DNA of 64,000 nucleotides, taken from NCBI RefSeq assembly GCF_009914755.1, contig NC_060930.1, one strand, 5' to 3'. How positions within the stretch are numbered: the stretch's first letter is position 1; each line of letters starts with the position of its first letter. The stretch comes from the human T2T-CHM13v2.0 reference genome, Homo sapiens. A program made the translations under genes and the position numbers. The notes below the pieces were generated by a model. It had not been told where the DNA came from, searched no databases, and was given only the letters and a program-made list of their open reading frames with translations. Of this stretch, positions 28,885 to 43,056 are shown piece after piece.

Positions 28885-30050
28885 TAAACTTTCTTTGATC
28901 ACCTCATTTCCAATAGCATTCACCTTTATTCCACTTCGACTGACTTCCTTCTAAATTTCATCTTGTGCTTGCCATCACTCGGAACCAATCCTTGAAAGTA
29001 CTACATTAGAATACTTTACTCATGGTGTACAGTCTCCTATCTTCCCAGGCCTCTAATTCAATCATCCTTATTATACCCATTCTTCAACCCCATTGGAATG
29101 TCTAGGCCTTTCCCCCATCTAACAGTCTTTTTATCTTCACTTTCTTCCCTATCCAGCTTAGGGTCATGGTCATCATTTTAACCTTAGCTTTTATCCCATT
29201 GTCTTTTCTTTGCACAAATACAATAAAATATCTAACATAGATGAATCCAGCTGTTCATTGTGGCCTTGCCTATTCCTGAACTGTTGAACTCAAGCTGCTC
29301 AGCCAGCATCATGATACATTTACAGTATTAATTTCAACTGAATCTGCAATGTCTGCTGACTGAATCCTTTTATGTTTCATAGTCCGTTGGCTCTCTAGTT
29401 CTCTACAATAGTTCTTTCAGATCTGTTTTTTTTTATTTTCCTCAAACTTCCAATCCTGTTATTTCAAAGAAAATAACAGGATTGTTATTTTCCTTGAAAA
29501 TAACATTTATTTCAAAGAAATAAATATTTCTTTAAGGCTATTACATATATTTTTTGTTTTCCTCAAACTTCTGATCTATTGTTTCAAAGAAAAAAAATAG
29601 AAGCTGTTATATAACTTTCTGCCACAGGTAAGAAATTAAACACAGAGAGGTTATGTAAATTGGTCAAAGTCCATAGCTAGTAAAGGGCAAAGCAAATCAG
29701 TGTGACTCTATAGTCCAAGCTCTTAACATCTGCATTTAACAGTGTCTCTCACTTTATCCATCTCAGTTACTGCCCTGCCATTCTTCTAGTTCTTCAAGGC
29801 AAAAGCCTAGGCTCCATCCTTGGCTCCTTTCTCACCTTCACTATCAACAACTAATTACCTGTCTACTTCTAACTTCACTGGCACTTTCTTAGAGCAAGAT
29901 GCCACCATCATAGATTTCAGCAACAGCCTTCAAATGTGCTCCAATTCAATCCTGTTCTCTAGACTGAAGACAGTGTGAATAATCTTTCCAAATGCAAACC
30001 TACCCAAGTCAACCTACCAACTCCTTAGTTCAACACTCACCAACTCTTTC
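28885..30050 (+). mobile_element. L2 fragments
   Basis: Pyrimidine-rich L2 ORF2-like motifs (catccttggctcctttctc, caacagcctt); approximate. Confidence 0.55.
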
Positions 30051-30068
30051 ATGTTTAATTCTTTAGAC

Positions 30069-30283
30069 CAAAGGTTGGCAAACTCTTTTCATAGAAGGCA
30101 ATATAGTAAATATTTTAGGGCTTGTGTGCCATTCAGTGTCTATCCCAGACTTAATTCTGCTATTATGGCATGAAAGCCACTGTAAACAATATATAAACAA
30201 GTGGGCATGGCTTTGTTGCAATAACTTTACAAAAACAGGCAGTGGCTAGATTTGGCTCACAGACTGTACTTTGCCAACCCCTG
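30069..30283 (+). mobile_element. MER58A (hAT-Charlie MITE), full length
   Basis: TIRs caaaggttggcaaa...tttgccaacccctg; perfect 8-bp TSD ctttagac at 30061-30068 and 30284-30291. Confidence 0.92.
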
Positions 30284-30459
30284 CTTTAGACATATTACAT
30301 TGATTTGTTCCACTAACGTTAAATACTTTCTGTGGGCTTGGGGCTATGTTAATGACAAGTTAATGATACAGTGATGAACAAAATACCCACGTTCTCTGCC
30401 TTCGCAGAGCTTAAAATTTAGTTGGAATGGAGACACTGATTTTTTTAATTGCATAAATA

Positions 30460-30750
30460 GGTCAGGCATGGTGGCTTATGCCTGTAATCCCACCACTTTA
30501 GGAGGCTGAGGCGGGCAGATCACTTGCATTCAGGAGCTCGAGACCAGCCTGACCAACGTGGCAAAAACCCATCTCTACTAAAAATACAAAAATTAGCCGG
30601 GCGCAGTGGCACGCACCTGTAATCCCAGCTACTCAGCAGGCTGAGGCAAGAGAATCACTGGAACCCAGGAGCAGAGGTTGCAGTGAGCCAAGATTGCACC
30701 ACTGCACTCCAGCCCGGGCAATAGAGCAAGACTCTGTCTCAAAAAAAAAA
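30460..30750 (+). mobile_element. AluS
   Basis: Full Alu; TSD aattgcataaata. Confidence 0.93.
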
Positions 30751-31471
30751 TTGCATAAATATATAAAAATGCTACTATGATAAGGAAAAAAGAAAAATAA
30801 TTAGTGCTATGGCAGCCTATGAGGTGGAATTGACCCAGACCCAGAAATTCAGAAGGGTTTAATGATGAATGTCATAATTGAGATGAGATTTGAAGAGGGG
30901 AAGAAAGGGTATTCTAGGATGAGAGATCAACATTTGGCTAGACCCTTAAATAAGAAGAAACCTGGCTCATTTCAGGACCTGAGAAAGGAAGTGTGGCTAG
31001 AATGAGTGACGAGAGAAACATGCATCAGACCATGCATTTTGGGCCACATTCAGGATTTTCATCTTTATCCTAAGTACAATGAAAATCCATCAAATTATTT
31101 TGAGGAAGAACTAATAAGATCAGATTTCTATAGCAAAAAGAAAACTATCTCTGTTCACCACAAAAGCCTGAGCACTTAGATCTACATCTGACAAATTGTA
31201 GAGATATTATGCAGAAAACATATAAGAAGGGGAAGCAAGAGTAAATGTGGATAGATTACTTAGATGATAGCAATTTGCACTGGGGTGATGAGGAGAAATC
31301 TATGAAAAACACAGATTTTGATGATAGGAAATGCAAAAGGTTTAGTGATAGACTGTATTTGGTGGGAAAGCTGAAGAGGGAGCTATCAGCAATTCACTGA
31401 AAAGGAGAACACTGGAAGAAGGTCAGGTTTGGTGGGGAAATAAGAGTTTGATTTGGGAGTAGGTTAAGTAG

Positions 31472-31829
<358 letters not shown>

Positions 31830-32875
31830 CTAAGTGGAGATTTTAAATAAAGACATGGGTGTATAGACCTGGAATACAAAGAAGTCTGGGCTGGCAATAT
31901 AAATTTGCTAATTGAATGTGTGGACCTGAGTATATACCTAAGAACATACAGCAGAACAAAAAGAAAAGGAGCTGGCACTGAGCAGGTCATTTAAAAATGA
32001 AGTGTTTTGTCATTTAATAGCTAGACAGGAAAGGATGAACCTGCAGAAGAAAAAGAAAAGGCAAACAGCCAAAGAGGTAAGAAGAAACCAGCAGAATGCC
32101 CTGACATGGAAGCCAACAGAAAAGAGTATTTCAAGAAACAAGGTGAGTCAACAATGTGGAATGCTGCTGAAAATTCAAATAAGATAAACACTGAAAAACA
32201 TTCATTGGAATTAGTGAAATGGAAGCCATTTGCAATCTCATTTCAAGTTGCAAAACCTCTTTACGGTATTTCTCCTCAGCTCATCTACCTGTGCTTCCCC
32301 CTACCTTCCAATAATGAAACAGAATCTGTAAGATTCTCATAGTAAGACATGTGTATTGGGGGGTGGGCTCTGCATGGATCTGGAGAGGATTAAAAAACTA
32401 GAGCTTAAAGAGGAAAAAATTTGGCAGCTTAGACAAAAGCAGGTAGCCAAGCATCTACAATCAAAGACAAATAGCAAAATGCAGCATACTACATAAAGGC
32501 AGCTCCTACTGGGGTAAAGCATAAAAATTGTGGCTAAGATAGGCTGAAGAGAGAAGTATGTATACTTTTACTTTTAAGCATTGAATAATATGGTCTCATA
32601 CATTTCATTCTTTGTTTAGCCATAATCACCAGGGATTTTGTCAGATTTCTTGGAGCTCATTTTCTAGCTAATTGATAATATGGTATATTATACAGTCAGA
32701 GAGTACTTTTCTCAAATATATGCAACTAGATGAGAAATAGTATGTGACATCAGCAAGCATAATTCCTGGAATTTAAAAGGTACTCAGTATATATTGATTG
32801 AATTTGAATCATTATTACAATTATGAACTAATTTCAGACATGTTATTGATCCATATGCAGTGAAAATTTTGTTAC

Positions 32876-32985
32876 CTTGAATATCATCATTGAATGTGCA
32901 ATACTGGTTTCGATACTTGTTCAGGAGACGAAATGCATTCACATTGGCAAAATCTTCAAACTGAATAAGGCAATTCATGCCATAC
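32876..32985 (-). CDS. ME1: ME1 exon 7 (110 nt), (K)[36 protein letters not shown](G)
   Basis: Acceptor cccatag|G, donor CAAG|gtaaca; carries the metal-binding QFEDF and FNDDIQ motifs. Confidence 0.97.
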
Positions 32986-33584
32986 CTATGGGACAAAAAC
33001 ATTCATATTAGAAGAGGTTAATAAAATGCTATTTAAAAATAAACTTTTAAAATTAGCCCATAGAAATAGGAAAACATTATTTCCTTTTAAAGGTTCTATC
33101 TTGCTGCTTAAGTATAAATATGTAATATAATATCTGTTCAGCAAATATTTACATGCTGACTACAGAAAAGGCATTGTGTTGGCACTGTGAAATAACATAA
33201 AATGACCAAAATATGTTCCCTTTCCTTAAGGAATTTAACTTTTAGTGGAAACAAAAATTTTTGAAGTAAATAAGAAGTAATATAAAAGTGGTATAAACAA
33301 GGAATGATAGGTGTTCCGAAGATAGATATCACTTCTGGCTGTGATCAAAGACAAAGCAACAAATGAACGAGTTTTAATGAATAGTTATAATTTCAAAAGT
33401 AGAGATGTGGGGTTTTATAAGCTGAGGAAAAATAGAAGCAAAATAACTGAGCTGAAAGATAAAAAAGAAAAATTGTTTAAAAAATGGTTTAAAAGCCCTA
33501 TTTGGCTATAATGTGGTAGTAAATGTAAGGGTGTAGTGAAAGATACGGCCAGATCTTCATTGTGGCCCTTCCATTCCTCCCGTC

Positions 33585-33770
33585 TAGCTTCATGGGTAAA
33601 CATGCTTTCTTCAGTCTCTTTTATTAGGGCACTGATGAAACATTCATGAAGGTTGAGTCCTCATGGCTTAATCACTTCCCAAAAGGCCCCATCTCTTAAT
33701 ACTTTCACAATGGTGACTACATTTCAACATATACAACGTAACATGTAATAGTAATGATTAGACCATAGCA
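33585..33770 (-). mobile_element. MaLR LTR fragment (MST/MLT1A-like)
   Basis: ctcatggcttaatcacttcccaaaaggccccatctcttaatac...accatagca. Confidence 0.7.
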
Positions 33771-35309
33771 GCAGCTTTTACAAACCTTTTATTCTCCTGG
33801 TCTCCCAAGTCTCTTACCAGTCACTACCTCACTAAAATCAATGGTAGAGAGAACATTATTAACCTTCTCAGTTTTCCCCTACATTAAAATATTTTGTACT
33901 TTTATGTCTATTTTCTTCCTCAACTTGTGAGAATGATTCTTGCTTCCTTGTTTCGAACCTCCCCATGGACCTAACTGAATCAACTGCACCTCTCTATACT
34001 AACAGCTGCAATTTCTCCTTTACTACTGGTCCTTTCCTGTCCCCAAGCATTTTCAGGACTACCTGATTTTAAGACCACCTCCCTTGGCCATGACAAAATC
34101 AAAGCTATAGTTACTTATCTTTCTTCCCTCTGATGTCAAACCTCTCAGAACAGAGAATGTTAAACCTTGCACTAATTTCTCACTTCTTGTCAACATTATA
34201 ATTCAAGGACAGTCTCAAACCACTACCCCCTGATATCACAAAGCAGATGATTTTTCTCTCTTTTTCTTCTGATACAATAAAAAACTCTGTAAGTTTGTTA
34301 TTTCCCTTCAATTATGTTAATTTATATATAATTACATATTTATCTTGGGTAGACTATCTTTTTAAATTACTGTAAAATTCACAGGTGAAAACTGGTGTTA
34401 ACGTTTTTTGTTTGTTTGTTTGTTTTATTACTAGTGTAGCCTAGCATCTTTTTCTATGTCTATTTGTCATTTGTAATTTTTTCTGGGAGATTCTATGTTC
34501 ACTTGTTCATTTTTCCATTGTTATAGTTGTTTTCTTTATTATTTCATTAAGAATAGTACCTTCTGTTATATATATTGCAAATGGCTTTTCTAATCTAGTA
34601 CACTGTGCCATTAATTATTTAGACAGTGTTCCTAATTGTTTTCACCAAATAAATTTTAAATTTTTATGTGGTTAGATCTTTCAATTCTTTTATTTATGGT
34701 TTCTCCTTTGATGAAATGCTTACAACAGTCTCCTCTACATATATTTATTTAACTATTAATGAAAATTTCCTCTAATTATATTATAGATTTAGAAAATAGT
34801 TAACCTCTAAATCTGGTATACTTTTACTGTTAGGCCATAGATTAAAAAAACAAGCTATACCAAAATTTCTGTTTTCTATATAATCACCCAACTATGTCAG
34901 CACCATTTATTTAACAGTCCATCCTTCTCCTCATCACCTATAATTAGATACTATATTCTGATATATAGTAGGGTCTGTTTCTGTGCTTTCCCATTTTATT
35001 CTACTACTGCTGATGACAACAAATATGTTTTCCTTTATAAGATATTACACACACACACTTACTCTTCACAACCACTCTATGAAGTAAGCACTATTATTAT
35101 TCTCATCCAATAGATGAGGAAACAGGCACACAGGTATACCACATTGGTATTGCTCAGTAATGATAGTCTAACAGTAATGATTAGTCTTACTAATCTATCA
35201 AGAAAAAAATACCTCCCTGCTTTAATTCCTACAGCTTTATAGTAATTTTAATATTTAGTACTGTTAATCATCTTTTATCCTTCTTTTTAAGTATTTACTT
35301 GGCTGTCAT

Positions 35310-35520
35310 ACTGGTTTATAAGCATAGGCTCTGGAGTCAGAGCTCCTGGGATCAATCTTGTCCTCCTTACATACCGTGCATCCTTAACTGTTCTGTGCCT
35401 CTGATTTCCTATCAGAAAAATGAGAATAGTAACAGCCTATTACCATAAGGCTGTTAGCAGGATTAAATGAAGTGATAAATGTTAAGTGCTCAATGCAATG
35501 ACTGGCACATGAGTACTCTA
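35310..35520 (+). mobile_element. MIR
   Basis: ggctctggagtcaga...ctgtgcctctgatttcctatcagaaaaatg...ctggcacat. Confidence 0.75.
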
Positions 35521-35658
35521 TAGCCACTTAAAAATCTACAGATTTTAAAAAATTATTTAATAGTAACAATAGAAGCCATAGGCAGGTAAATAATGTTCTC
35601 AAAGGGCTAAGAGAAAATAACTGTCATCCTAGACAAAGCTATTCTTCAACAGTAAGGT

Positions 35659-36468
35659 TTATGTGGCCAATAAACATATGAAAAAAAAGCTCATCATCAC
35701 TGGTCATTACAGAAATGCAAATCAAAACCACAGTGAGATACCGTCTCACACCAGTTAGAATGGTGATCATTAAAAAGTCAGGAAACAACAGAAGCTGCAA
35801 AGGATGTGGAGAAATAGGAACGCTTTTACACTGTTAATGGGAGTGTTAATTAGTTCAACCATGGTGGAAAACAGTGTGACGGTTCCTCAAGGATCTAGAA
35901 TCAGAAATCCCATTTGACCCAGCAATCCCATTACTGGGTATATACCCAAAGGATTATAAACCATTCTACTATAAAGACACACGCACATGTATGTTTATTG
36001 TGGGACTATTCACAATAGCAAAGACTTGGGACCAAACCAAATGCCCATCAGTGATAGACTGGATAAAGAAAATGAGGCACATATATGCCGTGAAATACTA
36101 TGCAGCCATAAAAAAGGATGAGTTCATGTCCTTTGCAAGGACATGGATGAAGCTGGAAACCATCATTCTCAGCAAACTAACACAAGAAGAGAAAACCAAA
36201 CACAGCATGTTCTCACTCATAAGTGGGAGCTGAACAATGAGAACACATGGACACAGGGAGGGGAACATCATCACACCGGGGCCTGTTTGGGGGTGTGGGG
36301 CTAGGGGAGGGATAACATTAGGAGAAATACCTAATGTAGATGATGGGTTGATGGGTGCAGCAAACCACCATGGCGCATGTATACCTATGTAACAAACCTG
36401 CACATTTAGCACATGTACCCCAGAACTTAAAGTATAATAATAAAAAAATAAATAAAAAATAAATAAAA
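35659..36468 (+). mobile_element. 5'-truncated L1PA (about PA6-8), ORF2 end plus 3'UTR
   Basis: gaaatgcaaatcaaaaccac...cacatttagcacatgtaccccagaacttaaagtataat plus A-rich tail; sits inside an older L1M ORF1 fragment. Confidence 0.92.
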
Positions 36469-37869
36469 TTAAGACATCTTTAGATAAATAAAAATCAAAA
36501 GACTTTTACTAAAGAAACTTCTAAAAGGTATATTTCAGAAAGAACAAAAATAATCCCAGTTTAAAAGGCCTATGTATAATAAAATAGTAAAATGTAGGGA
36601 AATACAAGCAATTTTTATCCATATAAAATAGTAATAAAAATAAGTCTACTTCTAGCATGACAGAGTGAAGAAGGTGGCAAATTCATTCCCTAAACAGCAA
36701 CGATATTGCAAGACAAAATATTTAAAACAACCATTTCAGTGCTCTGTAAATCACTAAAGACAAAAAGAAGCAACAATTTAAAAGTAAAATGGGATGGGGG
36801 GTCAATTCTGAAGGGAACGTAAACTTTTTCTACTCCTTTTATGTATGATGCCGTTTATCCTCCAAGGAAACACTTTAGCTAGCTGTATTAATAATTACAA
36901 AAATGTTACTAAAAACTGGTAAAATCATTTCTATGGTTACAAATTATTACATTTTTATAACCTAGCAGAGAAGCAAACTTCATCATAGCAACTAAGTACC
37001 CCAAACACAAATATCAGTCAATAATCATGAGGTGCTTGTAATGGCTCTTCTACTTCTCTGGTTTCTAAGCAGGCCTTTAGAAAGTAAAGACTGTGAGCCT
37101 TTGGAGAGTGCTGTCATATGGTTTGCTCCCAATGTATCATATACTGGTGGTCTAGAAGCATTGGATGAGCTGTCATTATGTTCAGAAGGAGCAGAACTCT
37201 GTGGTCTCAGTATGTGAGGAGGAATCAGAGCCTTCTCAATTCTATTCCCGGATCTACTACTTACTTGGTTCTGCGGTTTTGCGCTTGTTAGAATTTCTCT
37301 GTGGTTAAAATGAAATCCCTACAATATGGTTTGCCTTCAATGTTTAGGACACAATGTGGTCAGGCTATAAATTTATAATGTTTCTTAAGTGAAATCTGGG
37401 AATAGGCATAGGTAGTAAAATGGTGTACAGGATACCTTATCATTTACAAAAGTTTATTTTAGAAGTATCCCTTAGAAACTATATATCAGTTTTAGTTTCA
37501 TGACTTTTCTCTACCTGGTAGTTAACTCTGATTTGACTCCTAAAGATTTAGAGAGAGGAATTCTGAATTCATTTTGTGATACAAGCATCTTGCATCATAT
37601 AATAAAAGAAAGCCACGTAAGGGATAATTAGTTCCAATTTGAACCCACTTTGTCACTATAAAATTATAAGTAGTGGAACACTGAGAAGTTAGCCAATTCA
37701 ATTCTACATAACTATGAAAAGAACCTACTATTTTATGATCAAAATACCACATAAAATACTAGGTGCAAATGGTTTTAAAAGTTAACAGAAATAACACCCA
37801 TAAAATTAACATGTAAAAACTGCAGAGATTTTGCTCCCGTGGCATTGTTAAATGTGACAAATACCATAT

Positions 37870-38100
37870 TACAGTGACTAATCACTATATCTAGCACTAT
37901 GTGTCAGGCACTATGCTTCATACTTTACAGGGATTATCTCAATTCTGTCAGCAACCCAGTGAAGAATGTATTATCCACTTAACAGATAAAGAAATGAACT
38001 CAGTAAGATTAAAAGCCATGGTTGAGTTCATACTGCTAGCAGGTGGTAAGGTCTGCACTGAACCACAGGGCCCAGTGCTATATATACTGGCTACCACAGA
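37870..38100 (-). mobile_element. MIR
   Basis: tatgtgtcaggcactatgct...acagataaagaaatgaactcag. Confidence 0.65.
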
Positions 38101-39654
38101 GCACCAACAGAGTTATCAAGTCAATGAAATGAATAGCATATTTACATCTGAAAATACTGCACTGATAAAATAAGGGTGTTATAATTTTATCATAAAACTA
38201 TTAATAGCAAAACAGTATTTGTATGCATTCAACATACCAGGTCCTTTTATTATAGGAAATATATGAACAGATATTGGTGAGAACATGAATCTTTCTTTGA
38301 TTATAACTGATCAAGAATTCACTGTAACCAGGTTAACCAAGCATGTTTTAATTTTTCCTGAGATATAGTAAAATGTTTTTATAGGATTTATTACATATGG
38401 AACATTCAAGATCTAGTGCACTTTAGCTCTGATGAGTACCTTAGGGATAACTTATTCCAAATTACCCATTTTTTATAATGTATTGAAGCTTGAGAGTGCT
38501 CAATGAATTAAGCAGCAAATAAGAAACATGGATCTTGCCCTGGAAATGCTCACTGGGAAAATAGTCTCATTGGGAAGACAAAAGGATGTAAGCAAATAAC
38601 TTAAAGGAGGTTCAGATTAAAAGCAAAAGCAGTGGCACACTGATCACTAAAGGACTGAGGGAAAACAACATGAATTAGGTGAGACTTAAGATGGGCCCTT
38701 GGTAGAACTCAAATAAGGAAAAGAGTGGAGTAAAGAACCAATGATAGAATAGAGGTCTCAAAGTTTGTACTGGGGAGATGACAAATATTAGCTTCAAGGA
38801 CTTTAGAAGATCAGTATTGGTTGCTGAATTTCAGATGATGAATGGTCTTGAATGCTAGAATAAGTAATCCGAAGTTGACACAAATTATCTCTGGCCAAGA
38901 ACCATTCAAATTCAATTCTTCTTTGTAGGTAACAACGAAGAAGATGGATGTGTTAACTTCTTTCATAGCAATATGGCTTTTGCTCCTACTACTTTACTTC
39001 CATATTATTTTGTAACATTTAGACAGTCCTTTCATTTCTCTTACCACTCCTTTTATTATATTTTACTGTTACCTCTTAATTATTCTTTGTGACAGTAGAA
39101 ATGATGAAGATTCAGCCATAATCATCCATTCTTTTCCCCCATATTCTCATCCCCTCAAGTTTCTTGTCTTCTTAAGGAATTGACAATCATGTTTTACACA
39201 AATTACTTCTAAATTTATATCTCTGCTGCTGATCTTTCAAAGAAACAACTCTGTTTCCAAAATGATACCAAGGACTTGAAGAAATTTTATACTATGAATC
39301 TTTTTTCTTTTAGAATGAGAGATAAATAATTAAAACAGTATTTCCAACCATTTTTATTTAGTATTTATTTCTCTAAAAGCATCTATAGAATCAAAAAATC
39401 ACACAACATTTATAGCAAGGACCAAAAAAAAAAAGAATCACAAGCAAAATAGAATCACTATGTTTAGGTGTTGTCTGCTTTTCAAAAAAAATAGCAAACC
39501 TAAGAGATTCTGAGTTCCTTAAAATTCAACAAATTTTGAAGTTCGGTTTATAACTAAAGTGGCTATTTAGTATATTTTAATAAAAAGCATTTAAAAAATC
39601 CTCCTTGTCTCCAAAATTCATGAAACTTTTTCCCTTGTGATTTTAATTTTATTA

Positions 39655-40795
39655 TTTTGTTGTTGTTTTTAAACTTTTATTTTAGGTTCAGGGGTACATA
39701 TACAAGGTAGTTCTATAGGTAAATTCATGTTATGGGGGTTTGTTGTACAGATTATTTTATCACCTAGATGCTAAGCCTGGTACACAATAGTTACTTGTTC
39801 TGCTCCTCTTCCTCTTCTGATCCTCCACCCTCTGGGGTGGTGATGAGAACACATGGACACTAGGCCCCAGTGTCTGTTGTGCCCCTCTTTGTGTTCAAGT
39901 GTTCTCATCATTTTAACTCCCACTTATAAGTGAGAACACACAGTACTTGGTTTTCTGTTCTTGCATTAGTTTGCTAGGGATAATGGCCTCCAGCTCTCCA
40001 GCTCCATCCATGTTCCTGCAAAGGATGTGATCTCACTCTTTTTTATGGCTGCATAATATTCCATGGTGTATCAGTACCACATTTTCTTTATCCAGTGTAT
40101 CACTGATGGGCATTTAGGTTGATTCCATGTCTTTGCTATTGTGAGTAGTGCTCCAATAAACAAAAAAAATGTGTGCATGCATCTTTGTGGTAAAATAATT
40201 TATATTCTTTTGGGTATATATCCACTAATGGGATTGCTGGGTCAAATGGTACTTCTGCTTTTATTTCTTTGAGGAATCTCCATACTGCTTCCACAATGGC
40301 TGAACTAATTTACACTCCCACCAGCTATGTATAAGCATTTCCTTTGCTCTGCACCCTTGCCAGGATCTGTTATTTTTTGACTTTTTAATAATAGCCATTC
40401 TGACTGGTATGACATGGTATCTCATTATGGTTTAGATTTGCATTTCTCTAATGATCAGTGATATTGAGCTTTTTTTCATATGCTTATTGGCCGTATGCAT
40501 GTTCTTTTGAAAAGTGTCTCTTCATGTTCTTTGCCTACTTTTTAATGGGGTTGTTTTTTCTTGTAGATTTAAGTTCCTTAAAATTCTGGATACTAGAACT
40601 TTGTCAAATCCATAGTTTGCAAATATTTTCTCCCATTCTGTAGGTTCTTTGTTTACTCTGTTGGTAATTTTTTTTTTTTTTTTTTTTGCTGTGGAAAAGC
40701 TTTTAGTTTAATTAGATCCCATTTGTACATTTTTGCTTTTGTTGTGATTGTTTTTGCCATCTTTGTCATGAAATCTTTGCCTGTTCCTATGTTCA
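39655..40795 (-). mobile_element. 5'-truncated L1 (L1PA13-16-like)
   Basis: tttaggttcaggggtacat 3' end, ctcccacttataagtgagaac, atagtttgcaaatattttctcccattctgtagg. Confidence 0.9.
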
Positions 40796-40939
40796 GAGAG
40801 CCATTTCTCAGTAAAGCAAGGAGGTAAAGGGAACATCCAGTGAGGAAGTGAGGAGGTAAGGTAGCCTGTTGTTAAAGTGCGGGTTTCCAGTTAAACAGTG
40901 GAAAGATCTGAGAAGAAGAAGTGTTGGGAGTCTGGTTTA

Positions 40940-41392
<453 letters not shown>

Positions 41393-42993
41393 CTAATTAT
41401 GTGCACAGGCCATCTGATGGACGGCAAAGGTGGAACATGGGGAGATGAGTATGTGAAAGAGGGAACATCATGGCCTCTGAGCTGAAGGCAGCATGGGTAC
41501 AGGCTCAAATCCTCAGAGAAGCTTTGGCTCTAAAGGACTTATCTGTGCTTCAACATACCACTGTATTCTCCTATTTCTAGTTTGTACCATTCCTTATGCC
41601 TAAAATGCCTTCATATAAGGGATGCAGAAATTTAGAAAATGCTTTTATAAACTCCATGTGCAAACTTACAATAGAGAATTAAAGGTCTCCTCAAAGCATG
41701 TTCCAGTAAATACCTCATCTCCAACCTCAATCATGTCATTTACTTCTGTAGTTTGAATCACTAAATCTGTGACTTTTTCTCCATTTAGCCTGAATCAAAC
41801 TGTTTATTTCTAAAAGCCAGCAACTTCTATGAACACTAAGGGTCACATATTCAGCAGAAAAGAGAATTGTATATTATTTTACTGAAGAATATTACAGTCA
41901 TAAAATTTTAGATCTAGAAATGTCCTCAGAGATGATTTAGCAATAACTAATGACCAGGAAGGTTAAAAAACACCCAAGGTTCCAGAAAAATATATGGTAG
42001 TGAGTGTTGCCATCTAAGAGAAAAGCCAGAGGGACTAAGTCCAATAGCCACGTACGGTAGAGCAGACCTTTTTGGTAATGTAGTAAGATACCTTCTATCT
42101 TATTTCATACTACAAGAATACAGAATATTTTCAGGTAAGTTTATCAGAATTTATTACCAGCACATCTCATTTTATTGTGCTTTGCTTTACTGCACTTTGA
42201 AGATACTGCCATTTTTTTACAAATTGAAGATTTGTGACAACCCTTGTTGAGCAAATCTATTGGGACCATTTTTTCCAACAGAATGTGCTCACTTTGTGTC
42301 TCTGTCACATTTTGGTAATGCTCCCAATATTTCAAACTTTTGCATTATTATTATATGTGTTATGATGACCTGTGATCAGTGATCTTTTATGTTACCATTA
42401 TAATTGCATATAAGATGGCAAACTTAAGCAATAAATGTTGTGTATGTTCTGACTGCTCCACTGACTGGCCACACCCATGACTCTCTCCTTCTCCTCAAAC
42501 CTCCCTATTCCCTGAGACACAACACTATTGAAATTAGGCCAATTAACAACCCCACAATAGCCTTTAAGTGTTCAAGTCAAAGGAAAAGTCACACATCTCT
42601 TTAAATCAAAAGCTTGAAATGGTTAAGTTTAGTGAGAAAGGAATGTTGAAAGCTGAGACAGGACAAAAGTTAGACCTGTTGTACGAAGCAGTTAGCCAAG
42701 TTGTGAATGCAAAGGAAAAGTTCTTGAAGTAAACTAAAAGTGCTACACTAGTGACCACATAAATGATAAGAAAGCAAAAAAAGTCTTTTTTTGGGAGTCT
42801 TTTGATAGGGAGAACGTTTGAGTGATCTGGATAGATTAAGCCAGTCACAACATTTCCTTAAGCCAAAGCCTAATCCATAGCAAGGCCCTAACTCTCTTCA
42901 ATTCTATAAAGGCTGAGAAAGGTAAAGAAAATGCAGAAGAAAAGTTTGATGCTAGCAGAGTCTGATCCGTGAAGTTTAAGGAAAACAGCTGTC

Positions 42994-43056
42994 AACATAA
43001 CATAACATAACATAACATAACATAACATAACATAACATAACATAACATAACATAAC
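42994..43056. repeat. (AACAT)12.6 pentanucleotide microsatellite
   Basis: Perfect array inside Tigger1. Confidence 0.97.

Noticed and set aside
35991-36233. L1 ORF2 C-terminal ORFs (also 61655-62574 and 63516-63797)
   Set aside because: Truncated, frameshifted L1 fragments.
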